This document shows, in pieces, positions 60,090 through 64,000 of a stretch of DNA of 64,000 nt. The notes beneath the pieces were generated by a model. The model was given only the letters and a program-made list of their open reading frames with translations. It had not been told where the DNA came from and did no database searches. The translations under genes were made by a program, and so were the position numbers. This DNA is from Alphaproteobacteria bacterium (GTDB lineage: Bacteria; Pseudomonadota; Alphaproteobacteria; UBA828). The stretch is taken from NCBI GenBank assembly GCA_965221125.1, contig CBDCRW010000007.1, positions 480,001 to 544,000 of the forward strand, read 5' to 3'. Numbering within the stretch: the first letter of the stretch is position 1; every line of letters starts with the position of its first letter.

Positions 60090-61700
60090 ATGGGCAAGGC
60101 AGTCGGCGAGGGGGAGCCAGCCGCCGAAGAGGGCGAGAGCGGGCTCGAGGTCGAGCTGACGCTCGGCGGCGATGCCGCGGCCCTCGACCGAGGCTGGCGC
60201 GCGGCGGTGCCCGCAGGCGATGGCGGAACGGCGCGGCGGCTGCGCAGTGCCTACTACGACACGGGCGATTTCCGCCTGCGCCGGCGCGGCTTCACGCTGC
60301 GCGTTCGCGACGACGGGGAACGTCTGGTCCAGACCCTGAAGGCGGATGGCCCCGCCGGCGGCGGCGCCGTGCTCAGGCGCAACGAGTGGTCCCGCCCGGT
60401 CGAGACGCCGGAGCCGAGCCTCCCGGTGGCCTCTGACAAGACTGTCCGCGATGCGGTGGGGCCGCTCAGCCCGGCGGAGCTGGCGCCGGCATTCACCACC
60501 GACGTGATGCGCCGCACCGCGGTGGTGGAGGTTTCGGCGCCGGATCGCGGCAAGGCGCTGGTCGAACTGGCTCTCGACAGCGGCGAGATCAGGGCGCGGA
60601 ACAGGCGCGAGACCGTCTCCGAGCTGGAACTGGAGCTCGTCGAGGGGCCGGCGAGCGCGCTCTACGATCTCGCCATGTCGATGCAGGCCTCCGCGCCGCT
60701 CCAGATTCAGACGGCGAGCAAGGCGAAGCGCGGCTACGTCCTCGCCGGCGGGGAGGGCTATGGCGGCCACAAGGCGCCGGCCCTCGCGCTCGCCCCGGGC
60801 ATCTCGGTGGACGAGGCGCTTGCGAAGATCTTTCGTGTCTGCGCGGATCAGTGCGCAGCGAACCACGATGCGGTGCTGGCCCGCGCCGATCCCGAAGGCG
60901 TGCACCAGTTTCGCGTGGCCCTGCGGCGGATGCGCTCGGCCCTCGTGGTCTTCAAGGCGGTTCTCCCGCAGGGCGACGCCGCCTGGCTGAAGCGGGAAGC
61001 CAGCCGCCTCATCGACCTGCTGGGCCCGGCGCGCGACTGGGACGTGTTCATCACCGAGACGCTGGCGGCCGTCCGTGCGGCCCGGCCCGACGACGAGACG
61101 CTGGAGAGCGTCGCTGCGGCGGCCGAGGAAGAGCGGGCGCGGGCCTACGAGAAGGCGGAGGCGTTGCGCGCGCCCGCGCACACGGCCTTCCTGCTGCGCT
61201 TCGGCCGGTGGATCGAGACGGCGGGCTGGCGCGCGCATGCCGACCGTGCCGCGCTCGACCGGCCGCTCGTGGGCCTCGCGGCGCCCCTGCTCGACAAGCG
61301 GCACAAGCGCGTGCTCAAGCGCGGGCGCGACTTCGAGCAGCTATCCGACGCGCGCCTTCACCAGCTTAGGATCACGCTCAAGAAGCTGCGCTACGCCGGC
61401 GAGTTCTTCGCCGCGCAGTTCCCGGACGGCAAGCCGCGCCCGTACATCAGGGCGCTGCGCCGGCTCCAGGACGATCTCGGCGGGCTCAACGACGCCGCCG
61501 TCGCGGAGCATTGCCTGCGGGAACTCGTCCACGCGCGGCGCGGACGCAGCGACCTCGCGGCGCTCGGCGTGGGCGCCGGGCAGGTGATCGGCTGGCACGT
61601 CCGCGCCTCTGCGGAGGCCCGGCCGCGCATCGACGAGGACTGGCACGCCTTCGCAGCCGCCGCGCCCTATTGGCGCGCCGGCGGCGGCTCGATGGCGTGA
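60090..61700 (+). CDS. CYTH + CHAD domain protein (triphosphatase/polyP-binding)
   Basis: EVEL, YYDT.D..L, LRVR, QTLK, ELELEL, SKA.RGY; VHQ.RV.LRR.RS, LHQLRI..KKLRY, LQD.LG.LND. Confidence 0.92.
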   Translation: MGKAVGEGEPAAEEGESGLEVELTLGGDAAALDRGWRAAVPAGDGGTARRLRSAYYDTGDFRLRRRGFTLRVRDDGERLVQTLKADGPAGGGAVLRRNEWSRPVETPEPSLPVASDKTVRDAVGPLSPAELAPAFTTDVMRRTAVVEVSAPDRGKALVELALDSGEIRARNRRETVSELELELVEGPASALYDLAMSMQASAPLQIQTASKAKRGYVLAGGEGYGGHKAPALALAPGISVDEALAKIFRVCADQCAANHDAVLARADPEGVHQFRVALRRMRSALVVFKAVLPQGDAAWLKREASRLIDLLGPARDWDVFITETLAAVRAARPDDETLESVAAAAEEERARAYEKAEALRAPAHTAFLLRFGRWIETAGWRAHADRAALDRPLVGLAAPLLDKRHKRVLKRGRDFEQLSDARLHQLRITLKKLRYAGEFFAAQFPDGKPRPYIRALRRLQDDLGGLNDAAVAEHCLRELVHARRGRSDLAALGVGAGQVIGWHVRASAEARPRIDEDWHAFAAAAPYWRAGGGSMA

Positions 61701-61834
61701 ATTTGCCGGAATCCGACAAGAGCACGTCCGATAGAAGCCGAAAGTCTCCCGCTCTCGCGTGATAAGAGGGTGGGGGACGTGTGACGGCCCGGCCGCGACG
61801 CGGTCCCGGCCGCCGCAGGGGAGAGCGTGCCGCC

Positions 61835-64000
61835 ATGCCTGAAATCCTGCGCGACGAGAGCGCCGACGCTGCCGACAAGCCGCTTCCGAGCCACGCGAGG
61901 GTGGTCGTCATCGGCGGCGGCGTGGTGGGCTGCTCGATCCTCTTCCACCTCGCGAAGTTCGGCTGGAAGGACGTGATCCTGCTGGAGCGCTCGGCGCTCA
62001 CCGCCGGCTCGTCGTGGCACGCGGCCGGGATGATCCACACGCTCTCCTCCGACCCCAACATCTCCCGCCTGCAGGGCTACACGATCAACCTCTACAAGGA
62101 GATCGAGGAGACCTCGGGGCAGTCCGTTGGCCTGAACAACACCGGCGGCCTCTACCTGGCGTCGACGCGGGACTGGTACGACTACCTGAAGCGGGAGCGC
62201 TCCAAGGCGCGCTACATGGGGCTCGACCAGGAGTTCATCTCGCCGAAGGAGGCCGCCGAGCGCCATCCGCTGATCGACCCGAGGCACTACTACGCCGCGC
62301 TCTGGGACGAGCTCGACGGCGACCTCGACCCCTCCGGCGCGACCTACGCCTTCGCCAAGTCCGCGCGCGTCCACGGCGCGCAGTACTTCACGCAGACGCC
62401 GGTGGTCGAGACCAGTCAGCGCGCGGACGGCTCGTGGGACGTGGTCACGCCGCGCGGCACGGTCAACGCGGAGCAGATCGTGAACTGCGGCGGGCTGTGG
62501 GCGCGCGAGGTCGGCGACATGGCGGGCGTGGCGCTGCCGGTGCAGCCCATGGAGCACCACTACCTCATCACCGAGCCGATCCCGGCGATCGTCGAGCGGA
62601 TGGGCGAGGGCGGCGCCGGCCGCCTGCCGGGCGGCATCGACTACGAGGCCAACATCTACTTCCGGCAGGAGCGGCACGGCATGCTGCTCGGCACCTACGA
62701 GCCCAAGTCGACGCCGTGGAACGTCTCCGGCACGCCCTTCGATTTCGGCCAGGAGCTGCTGCCGCCCGACCTCGACCGCATCGCCGACCGGCTGGAGATG
62801 TCGTTCGAGCGCATACCGGCGTTCGGCGAGGCCGGGATCAAGGACATCATCTGCGGCCCCTTCACCTTCGGCCCCGACGGCAACCCCATGATCGGCCCGG
62901 TGCCGGGGGTGAGGAACTACTGGGTGGCGGTCGGCGTCATGGCCGGCTTCTGCCAGGGCGGCGGCGTCGGGCGCAGCATCGCCGAGTGGATGATCGACGG
63001 CGAGCCTTCCATCGACGTGTGGGCCATGGACATCGCCCGCTTCGGCGAGTTCGCGACGCCCGAGTGGGGCACGGTCAAGTCGGCGGAGAACTACGAGCGC
63101 CGCTTCGTGATGACCTTCCCCAACGAGACCCTGCCGAAGGGCCGGCGCCAGAAGACCACCGCGCTCTACGACCGGCTTCTCGCCAAGGGCGCGGTCATGG
63201 ACCAGGGTTTTGGGCTGGAGCACGCGCTCTGGTTCGCCGACGGGCCCGAGGACGCCCACGAGGATCCCTCCTTCCGCCGCTCCCGCGCCCACGACTACGT
63301 GGCAGAGGAGGTGAAGGCGGTACGCGAGGCCGTGGGCTGCATCGAGATCGCCAACTACTCCAAGCACGAATTCACCGGCCCCGGCGCGCGCGCCTTCCTG
63401 GATCGGGTGCTGGCCGGGCGCGTGCCGAAGCGGGGCCGCCTCACGCTCACGCCGATGCTGACGGAGCAGGGCAAGCTCTACGGCGACCTCACCGTCGCCT
63501 GCCTCGCCGAAGACCACTTCATGGTGTTCGGCTCGGGCGCGATGCAGGAGGCGCACCGGCGTTGGTTCGAGCAGCGCCTCGGCACGGGCGTCGACTACCG
63601 CAACCGCTCGGACGACCTGCACGGCATCGGCGTCTCGGGGCCGAACGCGCGCGATCTGCTGGCGCGGATCACCCGTGCCGACGTGTCGGCCGACGCCTTC
63701 CGCTTCCGCGACATCCGCCGGATGTTCGTGGGCGGCGTGCCGGTCATCGTCTCCCGGCTCAGCTTCTCCGGCGAGCTCGGCTACGAAATCTATGTCGCGC
63801 CGCAGTTCCAGATCGCGCTGGCGGAGGCGGTCGAGGAGGCGGGCGCGGACCTCGGGCTGCGCTGGTACGGCGCGCGCGCGCTGATGTCGCTCCGGCTGGA
63901 GAAGGCCTGGGGCGTCTGGACGCTCGACTATCGGCCCGACTTCACGGCGGCGGAAAGCGGCCTCGACGCCTTCATCCAGTGGGACAAGGAGTTCGTCGGC
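61835..64000 (+). CDS. GcvT-domain FAD oxidoreductase (dimethylglycine dehydrogenase-like); runs off the window
   Basis: Read by hand: VVIGGGVVGCSIL.HLAK.GW, GSSWHAAG, GPFTFGPDG, SFSGELGYEI, SLRLEK. Confidence 0.92.
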   Translation, partial: MPEILRDESADAADKPLPSHARVVVIGGGVVGCSILFHLAKFGWKDVILLERSALTAGSSWHAAGMIHTLSSDPNISRLQGYTINLYKEIEETSGQSVGLNNTGGLYLASTRDWYDYLKRERSKARYMGLDQEFISPKEAAERHPLIDPRHYYAALWDELDGDLDPSGATYAFAKSARVHGAQYFTQTPVVETSQRADGSWDVVTPRGTVNAEQIVNCGGLWAREVGDMAGVALPVQPMEHHYLITEPIPAIVERMGEGGAGRLPGGIDYEANIYFRQERHGMLLGTYEPKSTPWNVSGTPFDFGQELLPPDLDRIADRLEMSFERIPAFGEAGIKDIICGPFTFGPDGNPMIGPVPGVRNYWVAVGVMAGFCQGGGVGRSIAEWMIDGEPSIDVWAMDIARFGEFATPEWGTVKSAENYERRFVMTFPNETLPKGRRQKTTALYDRLLAKGAVMDQGFGLEHALWFADGPEDAHEDPSFRRSRAHDYVAEEVKAVREAVGCIEIANYSKHEFTGPGARAFLDRVLAGRVPKRGRLTLTPMLTEQGKLYGDLTVACLAEDHFMVFGSGAMQEAHRRWFEQRLGTGVDYRNRSDDLHGIGVSGPNARDLLARITRADVSADAFRFRDIRRMFVGGVPVIVSRLSFSGELGYEIYVAPQFQIALAEAVEEAGADLGLRWYGARALMSLRLEKAWGVWTLDYRPDFTAAESGLDAFIQWDKEFVG

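Overview
GC-rich chromosomal window, most consistent with an Alphaproteobacterium (inferred from the cnoX-LON-Trm112-DUF971 block, DUF192/DUF1491/recG, promoter motifs and repeat types). It carries three ABC transporter clusters (dipeptide, PotABCD-like with a hydantoinase/oxoprolinase pair, and sugar with a GMC oxidoreductase), several catabolic genes, and an iron module with Fur-like boxes (bfr, bfd, DUF1513, two imelysins, di-heme protein, porin). It also has an intact IS5 and a decayed IS1595 followed by a methyltransferase and a PD-(D/E)xK nuclease. Several small lower-GC islets interrupt the backbone. The two strongest unexplained signals are (i) a ~185-nt, apparently two-state structured 5' leader (51994-52180) before an orphan lipoprotein gene, and (ii) an 832-bp integrase-less islet flanked by a duplicated 3' end of an ABC ATPase gene. 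I saw no rRNA, tRNA or CRISPR. Family assignments come from motif recognition by eye, not database searches.
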